DNA from: Ferroplasma sp.
GTDB taxonomy: Archaea; Thermoplasmatota; Thermoplasmata; Thermoplasmatales; Thermoplasmataceae
Assembly (NCBI GenBank): GCA_038729085.1
Contig: JAVYST010000002.1
Span: 3,216-67,215 of the forward strand
DNA length: 64,000 nucleotides
Reading direction: 5' to 3'
The translations under genes and the position numbers were made by a program. Positions 8,964 through 18,050 of the stretch are shown here, piece by piece. The stretch's first letter is position 1. Each line of letters opens with the position of its first letter. The notes below the pieces were generated by a model. That model was given only the letters and a program-made list of their open reading frames with translations, was not told the origin of the DNA and searched no databases.

Positions 8964-10778
8964 ATGACGGAATCTGATTCAAAGGGCGAGTTTGTCAGAC
9001 ATTTAACATTCAAAGATGTATTTTTCCTTTCTTTTGGTGGCATGTCTCCACTTCTGAGCATATTGACATATGCGGCTTTTGCCATTACGCTTACAGGTTA
9101 TGATGCCCCAATAGTTATGATAATCGGCATGTTTCTTGTCCTTATTAATGGATTATCTGTTACACAGCTTTCAAAAAGATTCTCATCATCTGGTGGCTAC
9201 TATACCTATGCATTCCAGGCCATATCGGCAAGGATAGGTTTTGATACTGGGTGGATGTATATTTTCTATTCCATCTTATATGCCCTGGCATATCTGACAG
9301 GTGGCATATTTATAATAACTACTGTCCTTGGCATATCCGTTTATTATTCATTCCTGTTGATTATGGTACCTTCAGTGACATTTCTGATAATAGGAATAAA
9401 ATTATCTTCAAGATATGCACTTTATGCAGTTGCAATTGAAATAGGATTGATGCTGGCCATAGTTGCAATTTCATTTTCTCTCACACATGGTGCTGCATAT
9501 GTGCCAAATCCATCTGTTTTCCACATAAGCGCAGGCGACTTCGCACTGGGAATTTTATTTGCCATGAGCATACCAACAGGTTACGGTTCAATAGCTCCCG
9601 TATCTGGAGAAATAGAAAATCCAAAAAGAGTTGTGGGAAGAAGTGTAATATCTGTAATATTGATTGGTGGAACACTTGCAACATTAATGATATATGCATT
9701 TGCAAATTTGATCTTGCAGACAAATATTGCAATACCTATAGCCGATAAACTTCCTGTTATAGGCATCATAAGGAATAATTTTGGTGCCTATGGCATATAT
9801 CTTTATTATGCAGTTGCAATAGCAACAATAAATGACTCAATTCTGGCAATGCTTTCATTCGGATCAGCTGCCTCCAGAACATTTTTCAGGATGGGTTATG
9901 ATCGATCATTTCCATCTATATTTGCCAAAAAAGTTAAGGATAACCCTATATTTGCAACTGCATTCGTCAGTGCCATTCTCGTTGCGCTGCCATTATTTGT
10001 CATGCATTATATTTCAGTTGAAACAGCATTCATCTTCTTAGGGACAATATCGGCACTGGGAGGGCTCTTCATTCATGTGAGTGCCAATTTTTCACTTATC
10101 AGGGTTGGCATGAGGCGGGGAAGAAGGCTTGCATCAAGGACAAAAAATACAATTTTCTCATACTTATCAGGTTATAAAGAGGTTATACTTGCTATTGTTG
10201 GAGCAATTATCAGCTCAATTGTACTGGTTTATTCTGCTTATTCTACGGTATCATGGTATACATCCTTATTTCTTGTATGGATTGTTATAGGATTCATATT
10301 ATCAGAGGTAAAGGCCATAGCTTTAAAAACATCAGATAATGTAGATATAAGCAAGGAAGGCAGAATACTTGCAGAAAATCTTATGAATGTCAGGGTTATG
10401 GATGCCAGAATACCCGGGCTCGATATAATTGTCAATATAAATGACCCGTTGCAGAATGCACTTGAAAAACTGTTATCGAAAAATGTGCCATACGCAGTTG
10501 TGGTAGACAAGAATAATATTCCACTTGGAACACTTTACGTTATTGACATCTTGCTTTTGCCGAAAGATTCAATTGCAAGGGGCAAAGTGAATCAGCTGCA
10601 CCTGGAAAAAGTTGTCAATATAGGTGAAAGCCATGAGGTGACTGATGCTGTACGGGCTTTAAAGGAGAATAACGTCAATATATTATCAATTGTGGATAAC
10701 AGGGGAAAATGTATAGGAACCTTAACAGAAAGAGAAGTGCTTCTTAAACTTGGAACAACGGAAAAACCCTTATCTTAA
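8964..10778 (+). CDS. APC-superfamily amino acid/polyamine permease fused to a C-terminal CBS-domain pair
   Basis: 604 aa. About 460 aa of multi-TM APC-like sequence, followed by two CBS-like units (VMDARIPGLDIIVNINDPLQNALEKLL...AVVVDKNNIPLGTL and VVNIGESHEVTDAVRALKENNVNILSIVDNRGKCIGTLTEREVL). Confidence 0.75.
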   Translation: MTESDSKGEFVRHLTFKDVFFLSFGGMSPLLSILTYAAFAITLTGYDAPIVMIIGMFLVLINGLSVTQLSKRFSSSGGYYTYAFQAISARIGFDTGWMYIFYSILYALAYLTGGIFIITTVLGISVYYSFLLIMVPSVTFLIIGIKLSSRYALYAVAIEIGLMLAIVAISFSLTHGAAYVPNPSVFHISAGDFALGILFAMSIPTGYGSIAPVSGEIENPKRVVGRSVISVILIGGTLATLMIYAFANLILQTNIAIPIADKLPVIGIIRNNFGAYGIYLYYAVAIATINDSILAMLSFGSAASRTFFRMGYDRSFPSIFAKKVKDNPIFATAFVSAILVALPLFVMHYISVETAFIFLGTISALGGLFIHVSANFSLIRVGMRRGRRLASRTKNTIFSYLSGYKEVILAIVGAIISSIVLVYSAYSTVSWYTSLFLVWIVIGFILSEVKAIALKTSDNVDISKEGRILAENLMNVRVMDARIPGLDIIVNINDPLQNALEKLLSKNVPYAVVVDKNNIPLGTLYVIDILLLPKDSIARGKVNQLHLEKVVNIGESHEVTDAVRALKENNVNILSIVDNRGKCIGTLTEREVLLKLGTTEKPLS

Positions 10779-10977
10779 CAGGATTTTTAAAACAGGCATA
10801 AACAACTTTATATTTATAGTCTTCCCCAGATGGCAACCATTTAAAATAGAATAGAAATTCATAAGAGTGAAGCAAAGCCTGAAAATTATTCAAAGGCTGA
10901 AAATATTGGCTTACAAAAAGCATACTGAAAATATATGCTGGTTAGCATATTTTATTTCTTAATTTTAAACCAATGCT

Positions 10978-11310
10978 TTATGAAATATCAAGATCCTGAA
11001 TAAATTCAGTAAGTTTTAAAGCCAGATCATAAAATTCCATTCCTTTTTCAGTTATATTATAATTAATCCTGACAGGCCGTGATGGTATTATGGTTCGTTC
11101 TACAAGGCCGTACTTTTCGAATTGCCTGAGTGTAAGCGATAGTGTTGTGGGATTAATTCCCGGCACATCCTTTTTAATTTTATTAAAACCAATTCCATCT
11201 GTTCTGCCTATAGATAAAATAACAGGAAGTGTCCACATTCTCATAATTGAAGAATATTTTTTTATAAGCTCAGAACCTGCTTTAATTTCTTTTAATGTTG
11301 CATAGGTCAA
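10978..11310 (-). CDS. HxlR-family winged-helix transcriptional regulator
   Basis: 110 aa. FNKIKKDVPGINPTTLSLTLRQFEKYGLVERTIIPSRPVRINYNITEKG is the classic HxlR pattern. Confidence 0.75.
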   Translation of the reverse strand: MTYATLKEIKAGSELIKKYSSIMRMWTLPVILSIGRTDGIGFNKIKKDVPGINPTTLSLTLRQFEKYGLVERTIIPSRPVRINYNITEKGMEFYDLALKLTEFIQDLDIS

Positions 11311-11376
11311 TTTAAACTCACCAGATCTATATTACAGCACTTTCTAATATATAAGGATGTTTTTTATTATGTAATT

Positions 11377-12336
11377 ATGGCAAATATAGCATCGTTCAAC
11401 AGCGAAATAACAGAAATAGTTGAAAATGTTGAAAAGGCAGTTGTAAGCATAAACAGCACCATGGCATCTGGTGTATTTGAATATGGAACTGGCCAGCTGA
11501 AGGGATCTGGCTCAGGGTTCATTGTCAAGGGCAATGGATATATATTGACAAATAACCATGTTGTCCAGAATGCTGAACTGGTTGAGGTTAAACTTTCAGA
11601 TGGAAGAAAATATAAAGGTAATGTAATAGGTTCTGATCCACAAACAGATCTTGCTGTAATAAGCATAGATGAAAAAAACCTTCCAGTTCTTTCACTTGGC
11701 GATTCTGAAAAAATTAAAACAGGATCACTGGTGCTTGCTATTGGAAATGCTTTAGGCCTTCCAGGCGGACATACAGTTTCCATGGGTGTAATAAGCGCAA
11801 AAAACAGGCCAATGCCATGGGCTGATTTTATTTTTGAAGGCATGATACAGACTGATGCAGCTATCAATCCTGGAAATAGTGGCGGCCCCCTTGTTGATCT
11901 CAATGGCTTCGCAATTGGAATAAATACCGCAATTATTCCACAGGCAAATGGTATTGGATTTTCCATACCATCTAATACTGCTATAAAAGTAATGGATGAA
12001 TTGATAAATACCGGGCATGTGCACAGGCAATATATAGGCATATCAGGCATAGGCATAACAGAAGAAATTGCAAGGAGATATGGATTACAGCATGAAAATG
12101 GTGTCATGGTAGTTAGAATTGGCATTGAATCGCCAGCATATTCTGCAGGCATCCGGGCCAATGATATCATTTCAAATTTTGGCGTTTATGAAATAAGGAC
12201 AGTGAAGGATCTGATAGCAGCAATAGCAAAATCTTGCGGTTCCATTGATGTAACATTCTACAGAGGGAACTCGAAGTACAGGACAGTTGTTGAAATGCCT
12301 GGCAAAAAACCAGGAAAATTGGTAAAAATTCTGTGA
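11377..12336 (+). CDS. htrA: HtrA/DegP-family trypsin-like serine protease with PDZ domain
   Basis: 319 aa. LTNNHVV (His), DLAVI (Asp), GNSGGPL (Ser), and a C-terminal PDZ-like region. Confidence 0.9.
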   Translation: MANIASFNSEITEIVENVEKAVVSINSTMASGVFEYGTGQLKGSGSGFIVKGNGYILTNNHVVQNAELVEVKLSDGRKYKGNVIGSDPQTDLAVISIDEKNLPVLSLGDSEKIKTGSLVLAIGNALGLPGGHTVSMGVISAKNRPMPWADFIFEGMIQTDAAINPGNSGGPLVDLNGFAIGINTAIIPQANGIGFSIPSNTAIKVMDELINTGHVHRQYIGISGIGITEEIARRYGLQHENGVMVVRIGIESPAYSAGIRANDIISNFGVYEIRTVKDLIAAIAKSCGSIDVTFYRGNSKYRTVVEMPGKKPGKLVKIL

Positions 12337-12338
12337 TT

Positions 12339-13769
12339 TCAATCTTTAAATAAATTACAGAAATTATTTAAATTCAGAATTTCATTTATATTTTTTCTTT
12401 TTTGATCTGTTGAATCACGTTCCCTTACAGTTACTGTGCCATCCTCCAAGGTTTGGTAATCTACCGTTATGCAGTATGGAGTCCCTATCTCATCCTGCCT
12501 TGCATAACGTTTTCCTATAGTTCCTGACTCATCATAAAGAATATATGGATCTATGCTAGACATCAAGGAAAAGAGTTCGCTGGCTTTTTCTGATAGGCCG
12601 CCCTTCTTCATTAAGGGGAATACCGCAACGTGGTAAGGCGCAATATTATAGTTCAATTTAAGGACCATTTTTTCATCGCGCTTATAATATGACTGAGAAA
12701 GAAGTGATAAAATTATACGGTCGATGCCATATGAAGGTTCTATTACATGTGGTATGAACTGTCGATCACCAGCTTTAATTTTCATGGACTCCTTTGAGGC
12801 CGATTCATGATTTTTGAGATCAAAATCTGTCCTGTTGGCGATTCCAACGATTTCAAACCATTCATCATCTATAAGTGCCTCAGCATCCCAGGAATCAGCG
12901 GCATAGTGTGCCCTTTCATCAGGCATATGCTGGCGAAATCTCAGCCTGCTATTTTCAATGCCAATGGATTCAAGAAGTACCTGTGTTTTCAATATAAAAT
13001 ATGCAAATGCTTCTGAGCCTATAATTCCATTTTCAAAGGCATGCTTGACAGAAATTTTAACCTCATCCGCATTATTCGGCTTGAAAAGTATTTCGCTGTA
13101 TTCGTAAAGCTCTTTAAATCTCATATCTTCAGGATCAAAAAATACTTCAACCTCACACTGGTTAAATTCCCGGAGCCGGATCAGGCTCTGCCTAGGCGAT
13201 ATTTCATTGCGAAAGCCCTTTCCCTGCTGCCCTACTGCCATGGGAAGCTTATTTCTATTGTAATTATACAATAGCTTGAAGTTGACAAATATTCCCTGTG
13301 CCGTTTCCGGCCGAAGATAAAAATCATCAGATAATTTGAACATAAGATTAAAATCGTATACATTATCTATTATCTTGCCACATAGAGGGCATTTAATGCT
13401 ATTGTTTTTCAGGATTTCTTCTGCTTCTTTAATATTTGAAGGTATTGTGGAAATTTTATTGAATGAAAGAACTGATTCAAATTTAAATTTTGTATGGCAA
13501 TTGCCGCATTCGGTTGCAAGGTCAGAAAACCTGGAAAGATGGCCTGATGCCCTGAATACAGGCTCTGGGGTAATATTTGGGCTGTCGATAAATAATGCAC
13601 CATCTTTCAGGTAGGACTCTTTCCACATTTTAATAATATTGTCTTTGAGCATCACGCCAAGAGGGCCATAATCATAGAAGCCTGAAAATCCACCATATAT
13701 AGAATAAGATGTCCAGAAAAACCCACGCCTTTTAGCCAGTTCAACAGTTTCTTCGTACATTTTAATCAT
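12339..13769 (-). CDS. glyS: glycyl-tRNA synthetase (archaeal/eukaryotic dimeric type)
   Basis: 476 aa. FYDYGPLG, class II motifs (FRNEISPR, GIDR), and a C-terminal anticodon-binding domain ending ...VTVRERDS. Confidence 0.92.
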   Translation of the reverse strand: MIKMYEETVELAKRRGFFWTSYSIYGGFSGFYDYGPLGVMLKDNIIKMWKESYLKDGALFIDSPNITPEPVFRASGHLSRFSDLATECGNCHTKFKFESVLSFNKISTIPSNIKEAEEILKNNSIKCPLCGKIIDNVYDFNLMFKLSDDFYLRPETAQGIFVNFKLLYNYNRNKLPMAVGQQGKGFRNEISPRQSLIRLREFNQCEVEVFFDPEDMRFKELYEYSEILFKPNNADEVKISVKHAFENGIIGSEAFAYFILKTQVLLESIGIENSRLRFRQHMPDERAHYAADSWDAEALIDDEWFEIVGIANRTDFDLKNHESASKESMKIKAGDRQFIPHVIEPSYGIDRIILSLLSQSYYKRDEKMVLKLNYNIAPYHVAVFPLMKKGGLSEKASELFSLMSSIDPYILYDESGTIGKRYARQDEIGTPYCITVDYQTLEDGTVTVRERDSTDQKRKNINEILNLNNFCNLFKD

Positions 13770-14607
13770 TAAAAATTTTCATAATTTCAATATCATATAG
13801 CATGCCATATATTTCACCGTGCCCTGTGAGTACCGGCAACTGGTTATAGTTTTTCTGCTGCATGAGGCCTACTGCATCCTTTAAATCAGATTCAAGGTAG
13901 ATCACCTTTGGGTCAGCTACAACCAGCTGTTTTACTGGAATATTCGGTACAGTTATATTTGATTTCTGTATAAAATACGGAAAAACATTTCTTATGCCAT
14001 CCCATGACCATGGGTCCTCATCATCTGCAATTCCTGATTCTATGGATTCTGTAGAGCGATCCATTTTTACCTTGTCGAAAAGGTCACGGTCTGTCACAAG
14101 GCCGGTGAATTTCCCTTCAATGTCAACAACAGGGAATGAAAATATCTGCGAAAGCTTCATCATTAAAAGCACAACTGACAGTGGAGTTTTATCCCAGCAG
14201 GGAACTGAAATGTATTCAATTACTTCTTTTACTTTTTTTGAGCCATATTTTTCTTTTATTACAGGCAAAAAATTCTGAGGAGTAAGTATGCCGGTAACCT
14301 CATTGCTGTCATTAACAACAGCAAGGTGCCTTTTTTTCTGAATATAAAGCTGCTTTGCTGCAAAATTTATGCTGTCATTTTCGTTAACGGTTGGAGCTTT
14401 TCTCATAATAAGTGCTGTCTGGGTCTCCAGTGGATTGTAAAAGATATCGCGCCTTGTTACTATGCCCTGGTATCTGCCAGAGCTGTCAGTTATAGGAACA
14501 CCTGTTATATTATTTTTTATTAAGATGTTTATAACTTCTTCTATGGAACTTGGAACTGTATAGCATAATGGGTTTTTTGTCATAATATCAGATACCTGGT
14601 AAGTCAT
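13762..14607 (-). CDS. CBS-domain protein (four CBS motifs)
   Basis: 281 aa made of repeated CBS units (IMTKNPLC..., GVPITDSSGRYQGIVTRRDI, AVVNDSNEVTGILT, FPVVDIEGKFTGLVTDRDL, LPVLTGHGEIYGML). Its stop (13764-13762) lies inside or next to the glyS start (13769 or 13760). Confidence 0.85.
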   Translation of the reverse strand: MTYQVSDIMTKNPLCYTVPSSIEEVINILIKNNITGVPITDSSGRYQGIVTRRDIFYNPLETQTALIMRKAPTVNENDSINFAAKQLYIQKKRHLAVVNDSNEVTGILTPQNFLPVIKEKYGSKKVKEVIEYISVPCWDKTPLSVVLLMMKLSQIFSFPVVDIEGKFTGLVTDRDLFDKVKMDRSTESIESGIADDEDPWSWDGIRNVFPYFIQKSNITVPNIPVKQLVVADPKVIYLESDLKDAVGLMQQKNYNQLPVLTGHGEIYGMLYDIEIMKIFND

Positions 14608-14638
14608 GAAGGTTTATGTAGAACTTATAATTAATTTT

Positions 14639-15913
14639 TTAGTTTTTAAAGTGGTATGCATTATTATTTTCAGTACCTGTATATCTGGCAGCATTTTCTT
14701 CTAAAGTATTATTTTTTGTCTCTGGTGCAAGAAATACCACAATGATCAGGCCGATAACTGCGATAATCGCAAATAAGCCAAGCGAACTGAATATAGGGAA
14801 TAATGGAAACAGGACAATGCCCATTATTGCACCGGCCCTTGAAACTGCTGTGGCCAATCCCTGAACAGTTGAACGTACAGAAGTATCGAAGAGCTCAGTT
14901 GGGTAAAATAATGTAATGGCACCAACCCACTGTTCGAACAGGACAAATGCAAAAAAGAATGGAACCGTATAGATGCCTATTATATGTATTATAGAGCCAA
15001 CAATCAGGAGGCCTGACATTATGGCAAATCCCATTATGAGCAGGGCACGCCTGCCAAGTTTATCCGCAAGGGGCAATGCAATAACGTAGCCAAGCATTCC
15101 TCCAGCAGATATTAACATCGAAGCTTCTGCAATTGAATGAAATTGGTTTTTAAATCCAAGTGTGCTGAATATTGTTGGATAATAAAAACCAATTCCATAT
15201 GCAGCAACATCAAATATAAACCAGGCAGCTATTACAAGAAATAGCATTTTATAGAAACTGCTGGAACGATTGGCAAGTGAATGAGAGTCTTTCTTTTTCG
15301 AAGTGTTATAGGAAAGCCAACGGGGCGATTCTGGAATTTTAAATCTTAACAGTATTACCGGGATGGCAATAAGGCCACCAAGAATGAAAGTATACCTCCA
15401 GAAATATGCATTGCTGACAAATATGTAATTTGCCACACTTGCAATAAAGGCTCCAAACCAGTAAAGGCCCACCATAGATATGAGCAATTTTCCTCTTGAA
15501 CGGCGGGGCGAAAATTCTGACATCATCGTAGAAGAAATTGGATAATCACCACCTATGCCGAATCCCATGAATAGCCTTGAAAGGAATAATTCAATGAAAT
15601 TGCCTGATAGCCCGGCAGTTATGGCAAAAATAACGAAGAATAACAGATCCATTCCAAAAATTTTTTTCCTTCCATACCTGTCTGATAGATATCCTAAAAC
15701 AGGTGCACCTACCAGCATTCCCACAAATGATGAAATATCTATTAATATATATTCCAGTTCATTCAAATTGAGCTGATGTGGAAGGACCAGTATTGCCATG
15801 GTTATAATAGACAGATCATAGCCATCAAGAAATAGCCCCATTGACGATAGGAGGAATAATTTCTCCTGGGCCGGTTTTATTTTAGCATTATCAATAGCAT
15901 TAAAATTATCCAT
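14639..15913 (-). CDS. MFS transporter (sugar-porter / metabolite:H+ symporter-like)
   Basis: 424 aa with about 12 TM segments. Motifs GYLSDRYGRKK, GGDYP and PESPRWL. Confidence 0.8.
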   Translation of the reverse strand: MDNFNAIDNAKIKPAQEKLFLLSSMGLFLDGYDLSIITMAILVLPHQLNLNELEYILIDISSFVGMLVGAPVLGYLSDRYGRKKIFGMDLLFFVIFAITAGLSGNFIELFLSRLFMGFGIGGDYPISSTMMSEFSPRRSRGKLLISMVGLYWFGAFIASVANYIFVSNAYFWRYTFILGGLIAIPVILLRFKIPESPRWLSYNTSKKKDSHSLANRSSSFYKMLFLVIAAWFIFDVAAYGIGFYYPTIFSTLGFKNQFHSIAEASMLISAGGMLGYVIALPLADKLGRRALLIMGFAIMSGLLIVGSIIHIIGIYTVPFFFAFVLFEQWVGAITLFYPTELFDTSVRSTVQGLATAVSRAGAIMGIVLFPLFPIFSSLGLFAIIAVIGLIIVVFLAPETKNNTLEENAARYTGTENNNAYHFKN

Positions 15914-16070
15914 AAACTCACCTACTAGAATAAATCCGTACCGGGATTTAAAATATTAAAACTAACTGAATTATAGTAGTTAATAATTTTATGTTATATA
16001 AAGAATTTGAACGGCCAAAAGTATCTTGCCGTTCTACAAAATTATTTTATCTCATCATTAATTGCTGTAT

Positions 16071-17039
16071 ATGGAAAAATATTACGTTGAAGTAAAAGCA
16101 TATCCAACTATTGGAATAATACTCCTGGGTGGCGTATCCGACAATCAGAAAAGAATTCCGAGGCACACAACTGCAGGAATAGCATACACAGCACTGGACG
16201 ACAGTATTTATGTTAAAACAGACCTGTTTCTTTCAAATACAAGAACAGGAATGATAGATGGAAAGGAAATAGATGAAAAATCCAGCAGATCCCCTTTTAC
16301 TGTTATTGACAAATATAAACATGAAATTTTATTGAGGCACCCAGAATACAGTGAAATATCATTTGCATCGGAAAACCATGGAGTTATAAGTGGCAGTTCA
16401 GACGCCGGCGCAGCTGCTATTGGAGAATGCATCCAGTCAATTTTTGAATACAATATAAACATATTCAACTTTGAAAATGAACTTCAAGAAATATCAGAGA
16501 GTGCAGGAAGAAGCTTATACGGCGGTTTGACTGTAAACCATGCAAATGGAAAAGACTCTTTGACTGATGAATTATTGCCTCCAGAAGAATTTAATGGATA
16601 TGTTATTGTAGCATTTAAATTCTCAAGCAAAAGAAAACCTTCTGATACAATACACAAAAATATTGTAAAACATGAAAATTATGCTGAAAGAGTTAAAAAT
16701 TCAGAGAAGAAAGCAAAAGAACTTGAAAGGCTTGCCGGAATGCATGATATAAAAGGCATTTTTGAACTTGCAGAAGAAGATACAGACGAATACCATGCTA
16801 TGTTATCAGCTGTTGGCGTGAACATAATTACAGAAGATATGGCTAAACTTATAGATGCAGTTAAAGCTTTAAAAAACAAATTCTGGAATGCATATATAGT
16901 TACTGGTGGAACCAATGTATTCGTGGCTGTTGAAGATAAAAATAAGGAGGCTTTAGCTGGCTTATCAAAAAAATATGGGGCTGAACCAGTATTTCTTAAG
17001 GTTGCAGGAAAACCAGACGTGGTTGCTAAAAATTTCTAA
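16071..17039 (+). CDS. mevalonate 3-kinase (diphosphomevalonate-decarboxylase homologue of the Thermoplasma-type mevalonate pathway)
   Basis: Track ORF begins at TTG 16062, and ATG 16071 gives MEKYYVEVKAYPTIGIILLGG. Blocks YPTIG.(I/V)LLGG, SGSSDAGAAA, SESAGRSLYGGLT, KPSD.IH.NIV, DIKGIFELAEEDT.EYH, WNAYIVTGG.NVFVAVE match my recollection of the characterised T. acidophilum Ta1305 and P. torridus PTO1356 enzymes along the whole length. Confidence 0.85.
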   Translation: MEKYYVEVKAYPTIGIILLGGVSDNQKRIPRHTTAGIAYTALDDSIYVKTDLFLSNTRTGMIDGKEIDEKSSRSPFTVIDKYKHEILLRHPEYSEISFASENHGVISGSSDAGAAAIGECIQSIFEYNINIFNFENELQEISESAGRSLYGGLTVNHANGKDSLTDELLPPEEFNGYVIVAFKFSSKRKPSDTIHKNIVKHENYAERVKNSEKKAKELERLAGMHDIKGIFELAEEDTDEYHAMLSAVGVNIITEDMAKLIDAVKALKNKFWNAYIVTGGTNVFVAVEDKNKEALAGLSKKYGAEPVFLKVAGKPDVVAKNF

Positions 17040-17851
17040 TTATTCTTTTTTCTAAATCTCTTATATGGAAAGAGAAGAATGGCAAGAATGGCTGCTATGG
17101 ATGCAAAAAGTCCAAGATAGGAATACTCAGGTACATGATCGGCATATTGGTGTGGCCATTCTCCTTCAAATTCCATTATATTTAATTTAATAAGCCCAAA
17201 CCATGGTATATAGCCATATGCTTTTCCCACAATTTCACTGATGTTTGCTGGCTTTATATTCCATATATTCTGGTCAGATGCATAATAAGCATTGTATGTT
17301 TTGTTATAATATGGCGCTTCGGCTGGCAGGCATGCAAGATTATGGTCGCCAACGGTAATGAACCCAGAATCACCGATATATCCAGAAACATTTACTATAA
17401 GGTTTCTATGGGCATAGCCAATATTATCCATAATTATAGAATCACCTTTTATTTTTATGTAACTCTGATTATTATACCCCATTATTTCTGGAGCAGTATG
17501 GTTCCAGTAAAGATAAAACATTGCCCGGTGAATTGTTATTTCATTTAATGCAGAATTATGGTACAGTATGACATTGCCATATTCACCATAGGTAGAGAAA
17601 TTATCCTGCCTGCCTGTAACATAAGTTTGAACCTGATTTATATTATCCACTTTTTTTACCAGGACTATTGTGCCTTCATCAATAATCCCATATTGCCATT
17701 TATCAGAATGCTCCATACTGTATGATTCCACAACTGATGCTGGCGGAAAAACTCCTGAGTAAACTGTAATGGAAGCAAGGGCAATTAAAATTGCCAGGAC
17801 TGATATTAATGTTCCGTATTTTTTGTATTTTCCATGCCTGGCTTTACCCAT
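17036..17851 (-). CDS. signal peptidase I-like membrane protein (S26B/Sec11 type), atypical Ser box
   Basis: 271 aa. N-terminal TM segment, then VESYSMEH (compare SGSMEP), ITIHRA (His box), VGDHN (GDN box), and a C-terminal TM plus basic tail. Confidence 0.5.
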   Translation of the reverse strand: MGKARHGKYKKYGTLISVLAILIALASITVYSGVFPPASVVESYSMEHSDKWQYGIIDEGTIVLVKKVDNINQVQTYVTGRQDNFSTYGEYGNVILYHNSALNEITIHRAMFYLYWNHTAPEIMGYNNQSYIKIKGDSIIMDNIGYAHRNLIVNVSGYIGDSGFITVGDHNLACLPAEAPYYNKTYNAYYASDQNIWNIKPANISEIVGKAYGYIPWFGLIKLNIMEFEGEWPHQYADHVPEYSYLGLFASIAAILAILLFPYKRFRKKNN

Positions 17852-18050
17852 AACACTGAATAAATAGCTGTATATTAAATTTATTTGTAACTTTTAGAAT
17901 TTTTGATTCATTTGTGCCCATGGCGACTATCATAATAGTTTTAGCCTTTTAAATGGTTGTTAAAAGCACTGTGTGTGCATGAAGGATTTGCTGGCAATTG
18001 CATTATGGCTGGCAATAACCACTTAAAATTAGCTGTAAAAAATTAATTCG

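Noticed and set aside
11367-12170. 267-aa antisense ORF opposite the HtrA gene
   Set aside because: It is P/S/T/I-rich with no recognisable domain and is perfectly nested against a sense gene with the full catalytic triad. This is a typical shadow ORF.
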